Below, one piece after another: positions 39,001 through 54,000 of a stretch of DNA of 64,000 bases. This stretch comes from Mytilus edulis (taxonomy: Eukaryota): the NCBI RefSeq assembly GCF_963676685.1, contig NC_092344.1, positions 125,054,001 through 125,118,000 of the forward strand. Direction: 5' to 3'. Both the position numbers and the translations under genes were made by a program. A model generated the notes under the pieces. It did no database searches, had not been told where the DNA came from, and worked only from the letters and a program-made list of their open reading frames with translations. Every line of letters begins with the position of its first letter. Within the stretch, counting starts at the first letter, position 1.

Positions 39001-42000
39001 TCGTGTAAAAAGAAAGTGGACGCATTCGTGTTCATCCTTAATATTGAAATGTAACTTGTATTTTTTTATAATACATAACATATATAAAGGTTGAGGATGA
39101 ACACAGATGCAGCCACTTTCATTTTTGACAAAAACCATCTGAAAAATGAAATTTTTTGGCATATTTGGTAGATTTTTCATATTTGAGCTTGAATCGGATC
39201 GTTTTTAAAGACTAAATCAGTTAAAATCTTTCAAATAAACTAATTGATTCAAATGAAATAGACATTTAAGTGTTTAAAAAGTGGTCAAAATCTTTCGTCA
39301 GATGAACCTGAAATTGGAGGTAAAAATCGGTCCTTACCGGGACCTTCTCCTTTGTAATGATTGGAGAGAGGACTTTGCAATTCTAAGTTGACACAAGTTT
39401 TTTTTTAACTTTTCTGAGATTGTAGGGATACCTACCTTTCCACCAGCAGCCACTTCCAATGCCGTAGCAGTTTTCACATCTCTAACTTTTATCAGTTTAC
39501 AAACCAAACCATGAACTTTCCTTCTATCAAAATTCTTCTCTGGATCTTTGTAGTCAAATTGTAAATGGGGAAATCTGTAAAATTAAATTTATATTTTTAT
39601 TTTACAATAAATGCATTACAAATAAATGGAGAATGTGTCCACGGAACACAGATGATGCCTTTGCATGGATATAAAATTATAAAGGGACATAACTAGTGAA
39701 TTGTACAAATGACGCCACTAAAATTTCAAATAAATATGTTTTCTGGAAAAAAGCATTGTGTTTAATTTTCGTAACATTTGAGTGGCAAACTAAAGAAAGA
39801 GAACAGAAATTAATTTTTGAATGTATGGATGGACAATGGTAACCCATAATGGCCCCTTTGACACTGCGAAGGCATTAAAATATTAATCAATTAATCATTA
39901 CAACTGTTTTTTATTAACCATCCTCATATATATATATCCTTTATATATTGTAAATTTAGGAGTTAAAGTAATCCACATTACTGTGTTCCTGTGTAGATTC
40001 AATTGTTTAAACCTGTTTTTTATGAGTTTGAATGTCCCTATGGTATCTTTCGCCCCTGTTTTATCCTTATCATACATATTTCAATATCCCTACATATACT
40101 CATTAATTTCTAACTTTATATCTCAAAATCTATGCACATTTAGCTAGAAAGTTACCATGTTCAGTGAATTAGAGTCAATTATTTTTTGAGGAATGTGTCT
40201 GAGGACATATATGCCCCGGTCAAGCTCCCCAAAATTCAAAGTTAAAAAGGGGCATTACTGTAGAACAGTATATAACTCGCTGTGTAAATGATCTCTGTCC
40301 GAGTTTCGTACTTTTAAGCATTGTGAATGAGTTTAATCAAATTTGGGTGAGGTGAATTGAAGTAACAGTGCAGAAACAAACAAAAATTGCAATTTTCCAA
40401 GTTATAAAGGGACATAACTCTAAAATGGTATGCGACTCGCTTCCCAAATCATAAATCTGTCTGCAAGTTTTGGTCTAAGCATTGTGTAAGAGTTTCATAA
40501 AATCTTGCAGAACTGCTGTTCTACTCCAGTGACAAGTTCCTTGAGGAGAAAAATCCAGCCTCATAGATAGTTGATGAAAATTTGGTGAAAAAAAATTTGG
40601 GCCAGTTAGTTACCTGCCAAATTTATTTAAAGACAGATAAGTAAATATATATCTACTGTTGAGTATTTGAATAAGTCTGACCTGGCCTCTAAAGTATCTA
40701 GTTGTTCTTTCAGTCTATGAACTTCTTGTGACAATGTTCTTCTTTCTCCAGCTAACCTTTCATCTATTCCTTCTTCATAACCCAATTTCTTCATTTCATT
40801 CTATTTATATATATAAAAAAGAAGATACTAAATCATCTATCTCTGAAGTTTTAAAATACCAACTGTGGGATCATTTTTTCTGATGGAACCAATTTGTTAA
40901 AATCAATGAAACATTGTATTTTATGGATAGTTGAATTTTATTAAAAACACATTAATGATTCTTCTTAAGTATACTTCAAAATCCTGAAATATAAAGTACA
41001 TCACAAAAAAATCAATCCTTATTATTTTTTGGTTATTAACATGTACAATAAACAGCTACATTAAATGATGTATTACCAGTTTTATTTGGCAGACTTAAAT
41101 ATGATGTCTTGAAGGCTTCTATATCTATAAAACATAGGTTTTCTCTTTGGGGTCCAATGCAATGTTATGATTCTATTGTAAATTTAACTTCTTTGACAAA
41201 TTGTGCGAGGCAATGCATTGATAAAATTATTTGTATTATTTGCTAATTTCTAAATTTTGCATACATTTCTCATGGAACTGTATTTTCCTGTACGTTCGGT
41301 ATATTTGCTTCTGATTATGTCCAATCAACAATATTTTACCTCTAAGTTTTGCATGTTTTTCTTGATAGAATCATAAGCAGATGTATCTTTCTTGTAGTCT
41401 TGTTCTGTTTTCTTCACTTCTGCTTGTTTCTTCTTCACTTCATCTCTAGCATGCTTTAATCTAAGTTATAATTCATTAAAGTATATATCTGAGTAGTTAA
41501 ACCCTTTCCAATGGATTCTAATTAGTTGTTGAGCAGTTTGTTCATACTGTATGTTGTTATACCACTGTCCCAGGTGAGGGGGATTGTTTTAAGCACTTAA
41601 AAAATGTTTAAATCAAATCATATTCTTCATGTGACACTTTAAATAAAGGAACCATTAATTCAGTGGTTATTTTCGGTTGGTGTCCGCCTTATATGTATTT
41701 TGTTTGTTATTCAATTATGTTTTTGAATTGTTATACATTTTTTCATGTTGGTCCTTTTATTAAAGCTTACTAAATGGTATGAATTGTATAGTAGTTGAAG
41801 GCTGAATATTCATATACAGCCATGTCATTTGGTATCTGGTGGATAGTTAGTCTCATTGGCAACCATACCACATTGCTTACTTCTATTTTCTGACAAATTA
41901 CTTTACATTTTAACAACATCAATTCTGACCACTATAATATTATAACGTTAATGGAGTTATCTCCTGTTTACCTCATCTGAGCCTGTTTTGTTTCTGTCTG

Positions 42001-45000
42001 AGCTTTACTGATGTCATTCTTGGCAGCTAAAACACAATAAGCAAACAAAAATAAACATTTCTTTCCAATTATATGAAAGTAAAAACAAAAATTCACAGCA
42101 TTCATATGTCAAAATATTTTCCTTCATTCAATCATCTATTCTATTAATTGTCATGGTTTGTAATTGTGTAATGTTGATTGTCATGGTTTGTAATTGTGTA
42201 ATGTTAATTGTCATGGTTTGTAATTGTGTAATGTTGATTGTCATGGTTTGTAATTGTGTAATGTTAATTGTCATGGTTTGTAATTGTGTAATGTTAATTG
42301 TCATGGTTTGTAATTGTGTAATGTGAATAACAGGAATTCAGACTTTCTGAATTACAGATCAATTGAAACTGGTCTTTTGTAGGGTAAACATTCTGAATCT
42401 CAGTCACACAGAAAACATGCAAAAAAGTGTTCCCAAAGAAATGAGGGGATCTGAGTGGCAGGGTTACTTACTTAATAATTGATCATTCAGTGTAGCGTCC
42501 TCTCCATCTGTATTACTAGACAGACCAGCACTGACAGCCTGGAATCTATTTTGAGCTGCAGTGTAGGCCTCCTGGTCTTCATTACTCTGTGCTTGTAGTT
42601 TTTCCAAATCTTTGGCCACTTTGTCTATTTCTTTTTGTTTAGACTGTAAAGTTTTCTTATCCTAAAAGAAAAAGTAAACCCTTTTTTTAACATCAATTTA
42701 ATAAAACCTATACTCTTGACACATACATTGACATAGGGTAAATTCACTATTTGATGTACTGCTTAAACACTTGTATTTAATGTCAGTTATAAGATCATGA
42801 AGCCTTAAATTCATTTCTTAATTTTGTGTATTATCAATATTGGTGTGATTGAACAGTACATTACAGGATAAAGTGGGTTGGGTTACTCATCTATGAAATA
42901 ATGGAAATTGTTCTCTTCCACCCATGCTGGAGATGTCGCAGTCAGGACCATATGGTGATGTAAATAGCACATATCTTCTTTACTTTTTTTTAACTATGAG
43001 GAATCAGGATATAGTAAGACTTTATAAACAGATTTATATCAGAACCCTTAGTTATCTTAAAACTGAGGTCAATAAAAGTTAATTCGTTAACCCATTTATT
43101 CCTGGTACCAGATTAATGCTTACATTATCTGACTGTTTAACAAGATCTTTCCTTTTTTTCTGTTCTGCTTTGAGGCCTTCTTTCTTATTGTCGACAGCAC
43201 TTTGAGCAAGGGCCTCTACTTTCTGTTTCTCACTTAGATTATGTTCTAACTTCTGTAATACACTTCCTGATTCTTCGTCTCGTTTCTTCTCCAGTCGTGT
43301 AAGTACCTGGCTTATTTCCTTTATTTGGTCATTCATCTAGAATAGAGTTAAAGTTAAAAATTCATAAATGCACATTAGTGATTACATTTTCAACCAATGA
43401 CCATAACTGTTGTTTGGCAGAGTGGTTAAATTTCATATGGCACTGCCAAAAACCTGGCAGAGTGGTTAAATTTCATATGGCACTGCCAAAAACCTGGCAG
43501 AGTGGTTAAATTTCATATGGCACTGCCAAAAACCTAGCAGAGTGGTTAAATTTCATATGGCACTGCCAAAAACATGGCAGAATGGTTAAATTTCATATGG
43601 CACTGCCAATAACATGGTATAGTTGTTAAATTTATATGGCACTGAAAAAAACCTAGCAGAGTGGTTAAATTTCATATGGCACTGCCAAAAACATGGCAGA
43701 ATGGTTAAATTTCATATGGCACTGCCAAAAACCTAGCAGAGTTGTTAAATTTCATATGGCCCTGCCAAAAACCTAGCAGAGTGGTTAAATTTCATATGGC
43801 CAGGGTTTAAGCTAGGATTTTGAGGGCTTTAGTCACTTTTGCGCGCTATTAAAATCAACCTTATTTTGTGTAAAAGCAATGGAACAATGATGTATATTAA
43901 TACTAGCTACCTCTTTTGACTTAGTCAGATTTTAAGGGATTGAGGCACCAGCTTGATTGGCAGTTAATGTATGATTTGACTGTATTGGCCATTTTTATGA
44001 AAGATTCTGACATGGAATCCAGAAATTTAGTTCACAATTTCTCTTCAGTTTGTTCCAGGGGTCATTCCTGATCAACAAAAGTTGGATTCTATTTTTTTTT
44101 TAAACAAGGAATCACAGCAGAAATTAATTTGCAATGATTATTTCACTGCATAATTATTATCCTTATAAAACGTCTAAGTCGATATTTGGAAATCATTTCT
44201 ATCAAGCTGGAAATGTATAAAAATCCTTTCTGGATCGATTATAATGACTGAAAGGAGGTTGTAAACAAATCAACACTAGATCACGTTTACTACTTTCGGT
44301 TTTAAAATGAAACGAAAACGGGAAGTGACAAGTGGATAATAAATTCAAAACGAGTCCGGATTCATCAGGAAATTATCATTTTTCGATTTAAATTCCTTTA
44401 GTAAGAGATATATATTTGTCTCTCTCGTTTAATTGATTCTAAATGATTTCGTATTTTACGTTTTTAATGTCTATAAATAGTCAAAGGAATACTTTTACGC
44501 ATGCGTAGAACACAATACAGGAAGCACCTGTTTAAAACATTTTCTCGTGAACTTTTTGAATAAAAACATTAAAGTTCTTTATTTTAAATGGAAATTGTCG
44601 AAAGTTTTTTAGGAAAATTTAAATCAAATATGACGAAAATGCCTTCGAATGACGAATCTACGACAAACTATCTTCAGATTGTGATCGTTTGGGAAATATT
44701 GAAATTCAAATGCGAACTGTCCGGGTTGTTACATTTTTGATTAAATGACGAAATTATACTCCTGGTTGTTGAAATGCCGACTGACTGATTTTCCTGGGGA
44801 AATAATAATGATGGTCATTCAATTATATGGTTAATTAATAAATAACGGATAAGTGACCCATCTGATGGCGATAAGCGGATTAGTTGTAATCACAACTTGA
44901 AACACCTGTTGAAAATGTTAATTACCTGGAGGTCATAAACTTGTCAAAAACATGAAGACAGGTAGATTTATAGTTTTTATTGCGAAATTCTTTTTACACT

Positions 45001-48000
45001 TTCAAAATTAAAGTGACGAAATTGATTTGAAAAACTTTCGTCAATGAGAAAACCCTTTCTTAAAATACGAAAGTGGCGAGCGCTAGCAAAATCACTGCAT
45101 ATGGCACTGACAAAAACCTAGCAGAGTTGTTAAATTTCATATGGCCCTGCCTTAAACATGGCAGAGTGTTTAAATTTCATATGGCACTGCAAAAAACATG
45201 GCAGAGTTGTTTAATTTCATATGGCACTGCAAAAAACATGGCAGAGTGATTAAATTTCATATGGCACTGCCAAAAACATGGCAGAGTGGTTAAATTTCAT
45301 ATGGCACTGCCAAAAACATTGTTTTTAAACAGACTGTAGTTTTGAATGCGATTGTTACATGGGTTACACCCTAAATAGTTCATGATCATTGTACTAGAAA
45401 GCTACTATCAATCTCACTTTACCTTATTGCATTTAAAACTTTAATGATCCATTTGACCTCTTCTATTTTAATGATCTAGCTTTACCTTACATTGCCTGTT
45501 TTTACTTTAATGTCATGATCTCTCTTTATGTAACCTCAACCATTTAAATGATCTAGCTTTAATAGAAATTGATCATTTCAACTTTCCCAATCTAACTTTA
45601 TCTCACCTCAACCATTTAAATGATCTAGCTTTAGAAATTGACTATTTCAACTTTCCCAATCTAACTTTATCTCACCTCAACCATTTAAATGATCTAGCTT
45701 TAGAAATTGACTATTTCAACTTTCCCAATCTAACTTTATCTCACCTCAACCATTTAAATGATCTAGCTTTAGAAATTGACTATTTCAACTTTCCCAATCT
45801 AACTTTATCTCACCTCAACCATTTAAATGATCTAGCTTTAGAAATTGACTATTTCAACTTTCCCAATCTAACTTTATCTCACCTCAACCATTTAAATGAT
45901 CTAGCTTTAGAAATTGACTATTTCAACTTTCCCAATCTAACTATCTCACCTCAACCATTTAAATGATCTAGCTTTAGAAATTGACTATTTCAACTTTCCC
46001 AATCTAACTTTATCTCACCTCAACCATTTAAATGATCTAGCTTTAGAAATTGACTATTTCAACTTTCCCAATCTAACTTTATCTCACCTCAACCATTTAA
46101 ATGATCTAGCTTTAGAAATTGACTATTTCAACTTTCCCAATCTAACTTTATCTCACCTCAACCATTTAAATGATCTAGCTTTAGAAATTGACTATTTCAA
46201 CTTTCCCGATCTAACTTTATCTCACCTCAACCATTTAAATGATCTAGCTTTAGAAATTGACTATTTCAACTTTCCCGATCTAACTTTATCTCACCTCGAC
46301 CATTTTCACTTTAGTATTCTCTATGGTTTCCTGCATCTCTAATAAATCGTCAGCTGATTTCTTTTTTCTTTCCTGGATAAAAAGTAAAGTTATTTAAATT
46401 GAACTGATACTGGCAGACTTAATAGCCACAACAACTGAAGTTAAGGCTAATTAAATGGATGGTACATTTATAAAATTTGAATACTATAACTAATATTAAA
46501 GGGAACTCAACTTTATGTGAGAGACAATTACCTTTTCTACGGTGAAAACTATACAAAAATTGAATAGATGTTAAAGTATAAATACCTCAGCACACACATA
46601 CTGGAAAGCTATATATAACTTGTTAAGATGTTCCAGTTCTCTGATAATTTTCTGATATTCTAGATATGATGATCTCTCCTCTTTTAGTTTGCTCATTGTT
46701 GGTGTAATATCTTCTTTAACAACCTATGATATAATTACAGTTGTATCAACATTGAATAAGCTAAAAATTCTTACATTATAGAAAAAAAAAGACAATGGAC
46801 ATCATAAAGAAATTTTATTCAATGAATGAAAATTATATTCAAGTCAAACACCTTCTAAAATGTCTGCAAATACACACTGTTCTGCAAATTAGATACACTG
46901 TTTAATGCATTTCATGTAATACAATGAAGAATAGTTTTTCTTATCTGTAATATTTGTTAACACACGAGATGTGTAAAAGTGATCATTTATCACATCCCCC
47001 AGAAAGATTGATTATGTCATTATGTTGAATTTTTTTTTCTGTAAATATTACATTTTCATGATGTGAATAAGAGAATTCACCAAAATTCGTAATACAACTT
47101 GTAGCATTTTATAAGGATTTCTTCAAAGCCTTTTCTCCTTCTTATCAGTTGTTTCATCAAAATAGGATGTAGATTGGATCAAGGACACACACTGGCAAAA
47201 TTCAAATATTGGGGAATGTACATGATTGAGGATCAGAATCAAAGAAAACAAGATAGTGACTTCAAAAAATATCCCAACCTACTTGTCTTTCATTTTGAGC
47301 AACACATATTTTTATAGCCTTTTTACAAGTGTTTCATACACCCAAAGTAATCTGATTTATTAACTTACTGGTTCTTGTTTCTTACACACAAAGTCATTTA
47401 ATTTGATACTAATGTATCATGTGCTATTTAATAACTTACTGTGTCAATCTCACGAAGTTTAGCATCTTTCTTTTCTATTGTTTTTTGTGCAGCTTCTTTT
47501 TTACTTTCATATAATCTGGTACCTGCAGCCTCTTCTATCATTGACAATATCTACAAAGGTTAACAGGGTAAGAGTCAAAATTTATACAACAGACAGAATC
47601 ATTGACAATATCTACAAAGGTAAACACGGTAAGAGTCAAAATTTATACAAAAGACAGAATCATTGACAATATCTAGCATTCTACAAAGGTAAACACGGTA
47701 ACAGTCAAAATTTATACAACAGACAGTGTTTTCTTTATAAGTTTCAAGTTAAGTTAATGAACTTTTTTCTTTTCTTATATAGCTTTAACATGGCAGTGTT
47801 AAGAAATGTAGAAATGTGGACATCAGCATGCTGAAATAGTTTTAAGTTGTCAAAAAATCATCAAGACAATAGTTATATAGGTCAGCATGTATCAGTCAGG
47901 GGTGGTACTTAAACAAGTGATTTCAAAATCACTTCTTTGAGTGATTTTGGCTGTGAAATATTTAAAATTTTTGCACAGACTTTTCAAAATCACTGAAACA

Positions 48001-51000
48001 AGTAATTTGAGAAGTTAAAATTTAATCACTTCAATAAGTGTTTATAACCTTTTTTTGATATTTTTCCCACAAGCTTGATTTTTTTATTGGTAAAAAGACC
48101 AGAATTCCATTGAAAAAACAACTATGTACATGCAGAAATTGTCATTTGCTTGATAAGCCTGCACGTGTTTACAGTTTATTTGAATATGCAAAAACTGGAA
48201 TAATTTGTAGATCAGGACATAACCTTAAAATAAATCATTCTAATTCTAAAGAAAACCAATCAGGTCACCTAATACTGTTGACCTTTGTCTGATAGTAAGA
48301 GTAGTTAATGAATATTTGATTACAGAACAATTCCCAAGGGTACTTTTATAAGCTTTAGCGCACTAACTTACTGCCCAAGCGCACTGGTGAAATTGATATC
48401 AAAAGATAAAGGGATAATTGATTTATGTAGGAAAATTATAGAAAAGTTTGTGAAAATATGGAAAATCAATGAAATTAGCATTTGAAGATCAAAGAAAACA
48501 CCAAAATCACTTAAATAGGTGATAACTGAATATAAAAAATCACTGAAATAGGTGATAATGAAATCACTTGTTTAAGTAGCACCCCTGACTGATGTATATC
48601 ATATTTGTATTTTGTTCATTGTTTTTTACATCAATCAGGCTGTTATTTTTCTTTTTTGAATTGTTTTACATTGCTCATTACAGGCCTTTTTTTACTGTAA
48701 ATAAAGGCAACAGTGGTATACCGATGTTCAACATGTTTTTTTACTGTAACAGACTATGTGGTATAGATTGTGCTAAGTGAAGGTTGTGCTGTGACCTTTT
48801 TTTGTTAGCTTCAATGTAATTAGGTCTCTGGTTGGGAGTTGTCTCATATATTACCTCTGGAGGCTTCATGTTGAGTACTTTAGTGATTCTACCCTGCATG
48901 ATTAGGAAATGAGGATTGTTTACATTCAGTTGGACAGATCTGAACAAATCCTGTACTCTGGTATTGTTAGCATTACTACCATTAATCAGGTATTTGTTCC
49001 TCCCTCCAATAACCACCTGAAATAATATATGGTTAACATTATAAAGATCTGAACACATCCTATACTCTAGTGTTGTTAGTATTACTACAAATAACAGGAT
49101 TAACATAAAAGATGACCTGTTTGAAAGCTTTCATTATTTCTTTAATTCTCTCTATTCTCTAGCAAAATATGTTTTATCTTTTATCATACATTTTTTGTAG
49201 CATCTTACATCAATGTTACCTAATGTACCCATTTCAAAACTAACAGTGATTCTCCACAAACAACTTCTAAATGTTTATACCTGTGGCTGTGTTGCCCCAA
49301 ACCCAAAGTAACACAATCCAATGATCACAAAATGTTCAATTTTCTATTGTGTTGATATCGATTTTGTCATTTTTTTTGTATTGTGCAATAATCTCTCCTA
49401 TGCTAGCCTGTGCATCCCTAGGAAATACACAAGAGATGATTTGATTCCTGTTCAATAATACATGTACTACCTGTCTAGTAATGGTAATCTCGTCATACTG
49501 TTCATATCCCAATGGGCTTTGCTTTTTATCCATGTTGTCAAACGTAATACTGACAGTGGCTTTAGTGACACCAGCTTGACCATTTTTGTATACAAGTTCC
49601 TGCAGATTTGTTGCTCTAACCTAAAATAACAAATATTGGAAAAATTGTATATAAGATTTGGAGTAGATGTTATCATGTTGATGTGGACCCTTCTTTGATT
49701 AACCTTGATCATCACCACTTAAATTAAAATATTTAACAGATCATGTAACATGAATATACAGTAAACTAACAGTTAATCTGTCCCAGTTTCATTATGATGT
49801 GTAAATATATATGCTGTGTACAAGTTATCATTTTGTGCAAATTATAATTTATATTTTGACAAATGTACAAATACATGTAATGCCTGTACAAATTGCAATT
49901 TGTACAAAATTTGACAAAAGAATCAATTATAACCTGAACAATAATTTATAATATGGATGCTGGTGGAAAAAGGGATTGATACAGACTAAAGCACCAACAA
50001 GGAAAGGGACATATGAAAGAACAGCAGATATACATTTTTTGTAATTGGAGCATATTTAATTTTAAAGAGTTCAGAGCGATTTCAAGATTCACTGAACAGA
50101 ATTTCTATTGTTAGATTTAACATGAAATTGAAAGGTCAACTATTATTCCTTTAGATGTTGATCAGGTGTTCAGATAGGTATACAATAGATTGCAAGTTTT
50201 GTCACTTTAGTAGAAAACTGGTTATCCCAATTTTTAGTAAAGTGCATATGTTGATGCATATAATGCTAGAGATTATAGCCAATATAACTAGAAAATGCCA
50301 TTCTGCCCTAATTTGCTTTAAATCCAGTGCAAACAAATATAACCCTCTATAGAGGGATAATTTTATCCCTCTAAAGAAGGATTATCCCTCTATACAGGTA
50401 TAATCACCATATAGGGGGTTTGTTCCCAACCTGTTGAAAGGCAAACGACTGAATCTGACAGATAAAGGTCAATCTATCGACACAAAAAGTACCCGTGTGT
50501 AAAATGTTTACGCCCACAAACAGCGCCATCTATATTTTTTTCTACAGTATCTTTGAGAACGATTTTCTGTTCTGTAGTAAATTAAAACTTTAAATTAACT
50601 AAAACATAGAAAAGTAAGTGTATAGAACAAATTGACAGATATATTTGCACATGACTGGTTATGCATGATACACTGGCAATGTGCGCAATGTTCTTTAATC
50701 CAAGATTGAAAATTAGTTGATTTCCTACGTCAAAATGGCGGATTTCAATGTTTACATTTTTTTGGTCTCACTAATTAGCGACAACAAGCGTCAAGAAGCG
50801 ACAACAAGAAATATTTTAGCGACAACAAGCGACAAGAAGGCTATTTAGCGACAAGAAAACATTTTTTTTTATTAGATATAAAGAAATTTGTATTTAATGG
50901 TTTTTTTTTAACTATACGAGCAGATATGTCTAATTAAAATGTTTATTTATCCAAATATAGATAGACGAAGAAATGAAACATTTGTGAGGAAGAAAGAGAT

Positions 51001-54000
51001 TGTGAAGTTTATATTAGTACAGTGTTCCAGCTAGGATTTGAAAATAGAGGGGCGCGTTTTTAAAAAGGGCACTTTAGCGCGTTCTCACTGAAAAAAATCA
51101 AATACTTAATATTACCACATAAAGACATATTTTTAGCAAGCATGTAGCTTAGTTAAATAGCTATTATATACAAGTTTAAAAATCATTTATTTAAGAACAT
51201 ATAAGTTAAAATCAAACTGATAGCAATAATAGACATTACTATATTCATTTCTCTTTCAGAACTACAGATTTTTTCAAAGAAGAGTTCAAATGCAAATAAA
51301 TATTAAACAACAATGACAAATCTTCTGTTTTTCTTTTTGAAGAAGGTTGTCACACATTAGTTTCATCACAGTTTAATTTTACAGCAAATATTTTTGTTAA
51401 TGTCTGTGTTTTCAAGTTTGCCCTGTGACTTGTCTTTATCAATTTGACTTGAGAGAATATTTTCTACACCTCTGCTGTACTGAGTGGTTGTACATGTCAT
51501 ATTGCAACACTGAATAGTTTTGCAAGAAGAGGGTACATAAAGATCATAGGTTTTTATCCTAATGACAAGGTGAATGAAATAGCTCTAGCAGACTAGATAA
51601 GGAACGATCTGGAAGTTCTGCTGACGACACAAGAGCTATAAAGTCCTGTTATTGAATAAGGAGAGTTTCTATCTCTGTATAACCATACATTGTTTCACTG
51701 TTGTCTGTTCAATTCAACAAGCATCTCCGTATATTTAATGTTGAGCGTATCTAATAAAATCTATAAGTTGGTCAAAACTGATTTCAATCACAGACACTTG
51801 TTTCTATTCATATTGGAAGACCCCCTATCAACGTATATTTACGGAAATATACGTTGATGGGGGTCTTCCAATGGATTGAAACAAGTGTCTGTGATTTCAA
51901 TAAGAAAATTGATACAAAAATCGGACTTTCGAGAGCTCCGTAATCGGCACAATAATAAATTATTTCAATTTTGTAAGTTTATTATCAATTCAACAAGCAT
52001 CTCTGTTTTCTTCATGTTGAGCGTATTTAATAATATCAATATTAAAGTTAGTCAAAACGAACTTCAATTTAAGAAAAAATTATATAAAAATCGGACTTTC
52101 GAGTGCTCCGTAATCGGCGGAATTTACAATAGAAGAACAATTGCGATATTTGATAGAAACCTTTCTTCTTCTCGATTTTTCATAAAGGTAAAGAATCAAA
52201 TTATTTTTTTACTTTTGATGGTCATTATTTTTGAAAAAAGATGTAATAGACTGACAAGTGTTTGATATTTTCTTCTTGTCATTTCCGAGTTGGTCAAATT
52301 TTTTTTTCTTTCGTCGGCATTTTGCGTGTTAAATGAACGTTATTTTATAAATAACAAATACATTAGAAATGAACACCGTTCACATTTATTTTATAAATTC
52401 TATTTTGCATCGTCAGGTGTTAAAATAATCAATTCATTTAACTTCGATGTTTGGTGCTTCAGGGCAAAGGGATTAGACAGGGTCGTAAATTTCACCCGAT
52501 TAAGTAATTGACTCCAATCAAATAGGTGATTATATACAGGTAACAAGTGTCAACAATTTTAATCTGTTGTCTTAATGAAGTGTGTGTATAAAGAACTCAA
52601 CAAAATGGCGACGATATGATGAAAAAAGATCGGTTTTTTTTAACTTTTTTTCAAAAGGGCACAGAGGGGCCCTTAAAAAATGCAGAGGGGCGCAAAATTT
52701 CGGGGGCGGGGCGCGGAGCCCCTCCATTTCATGCTAGCTGGAACACTGTAGTATATTGGTAGATGAAGAAATTTAACATTTGTGAAGAAGAAAGAGATTG
52801 AGCTTCTTTTTTTTTTATTTTTAAATATGAAGAATATGTATAAGATAATGTATGTATCTGTTTTCATCAAAGTCAAAGTATGAATAATCGAATGGAGATA
52901 TATATGGAGCGGGCATAAGGCCAATTAAAATTAATTGGTAGATTTTCATCCCCGCCCGCCCCTCTGAAATCGTCCCGCCCCGATTTTTGTTATTTTGAAA
53001 AATTTTCGATTTCCGGATTTGTTCATCTCCGTTTCCGGTAACCGTCAAAAATTGTGTTTCCCTCCAAACTTCCTGTTTCAAATTTTGAAATAAAAATTAA
53101 AAAATAAAATCCTCCCACCCGCCCCATTTTTTTCAAAAATGTGGATGAAAATCTACTAATTAATTTTAGTTGGCCTAATGGAATATAATATTTTCACGGA
53201 TTCATTTGCTTAATACTATGCTCTAAGTGTAAAACATTTACATTTCAATTTCTTTTCCTCCTGTTTGATTTCAGTTCTTTGTATTTCAAAATTTGTGTCA
53301 ATATTTTCAGGACAATGATGCACAAATAATTCATTTTGCGAGCTTAATATATCTTGCACAAAAAGAGTTTTAAATCAAAGAGCTGAAAGCTCTGAAGAAA
53401 AATGACGCCACTGTCTCTAATATAGGGATAGTTTTTATGCAAGTCTTGATTTTCACATACCGTAATTAGTTTAACAATGCAACATGTATCGTAAGCATAT
53501 AATTGATATTCGTATATGTGTGTGTGTGTGAAGTGAAGGTGACAACTGGCTGGTTTTTTAAGACAAATGAATAGGTCAAGACTAGCTGAATTGTACAAAT
53601 AAATACCGTAGAAAGGCTTGTATATTTCTCACTGGTACATAGTCTGAATCTGAGTCCGTTTGCTTCCATTCAAGTTTGCGCCCACTCATTTTCACCCCTT
53701 TCACTTTCACACCCTACATGTTCACACCCAATCTTAATTGGTTTTGTGTTTAATAACTATGTAAGCAAGTGTTTTCTTATAAGTATAATTGTTGTCATTG
53801 TCTCAAAATAAAGTGAGACAGCAATTTTTTTTTTTGTGTTGAATAAATCTTAATTATGTTTTGGATAAGGTATTGCTAAAAATAATAATAATCCTTTCTA
53901 AATAAAGTGGTATTTTGTCAACGTTTTATTTTGTGTTGAATAACTCTTAATCATGTTTTGGTTAGTGTATTGCTATAACTTGTTTCATTGACTTGTTTCA

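Noticed and set aside
44350-44375. Additional hammerheads at other CTGATGA matches (also ~61075)
   Set aside because: No stem II followed by GAAA and no closing stem I.
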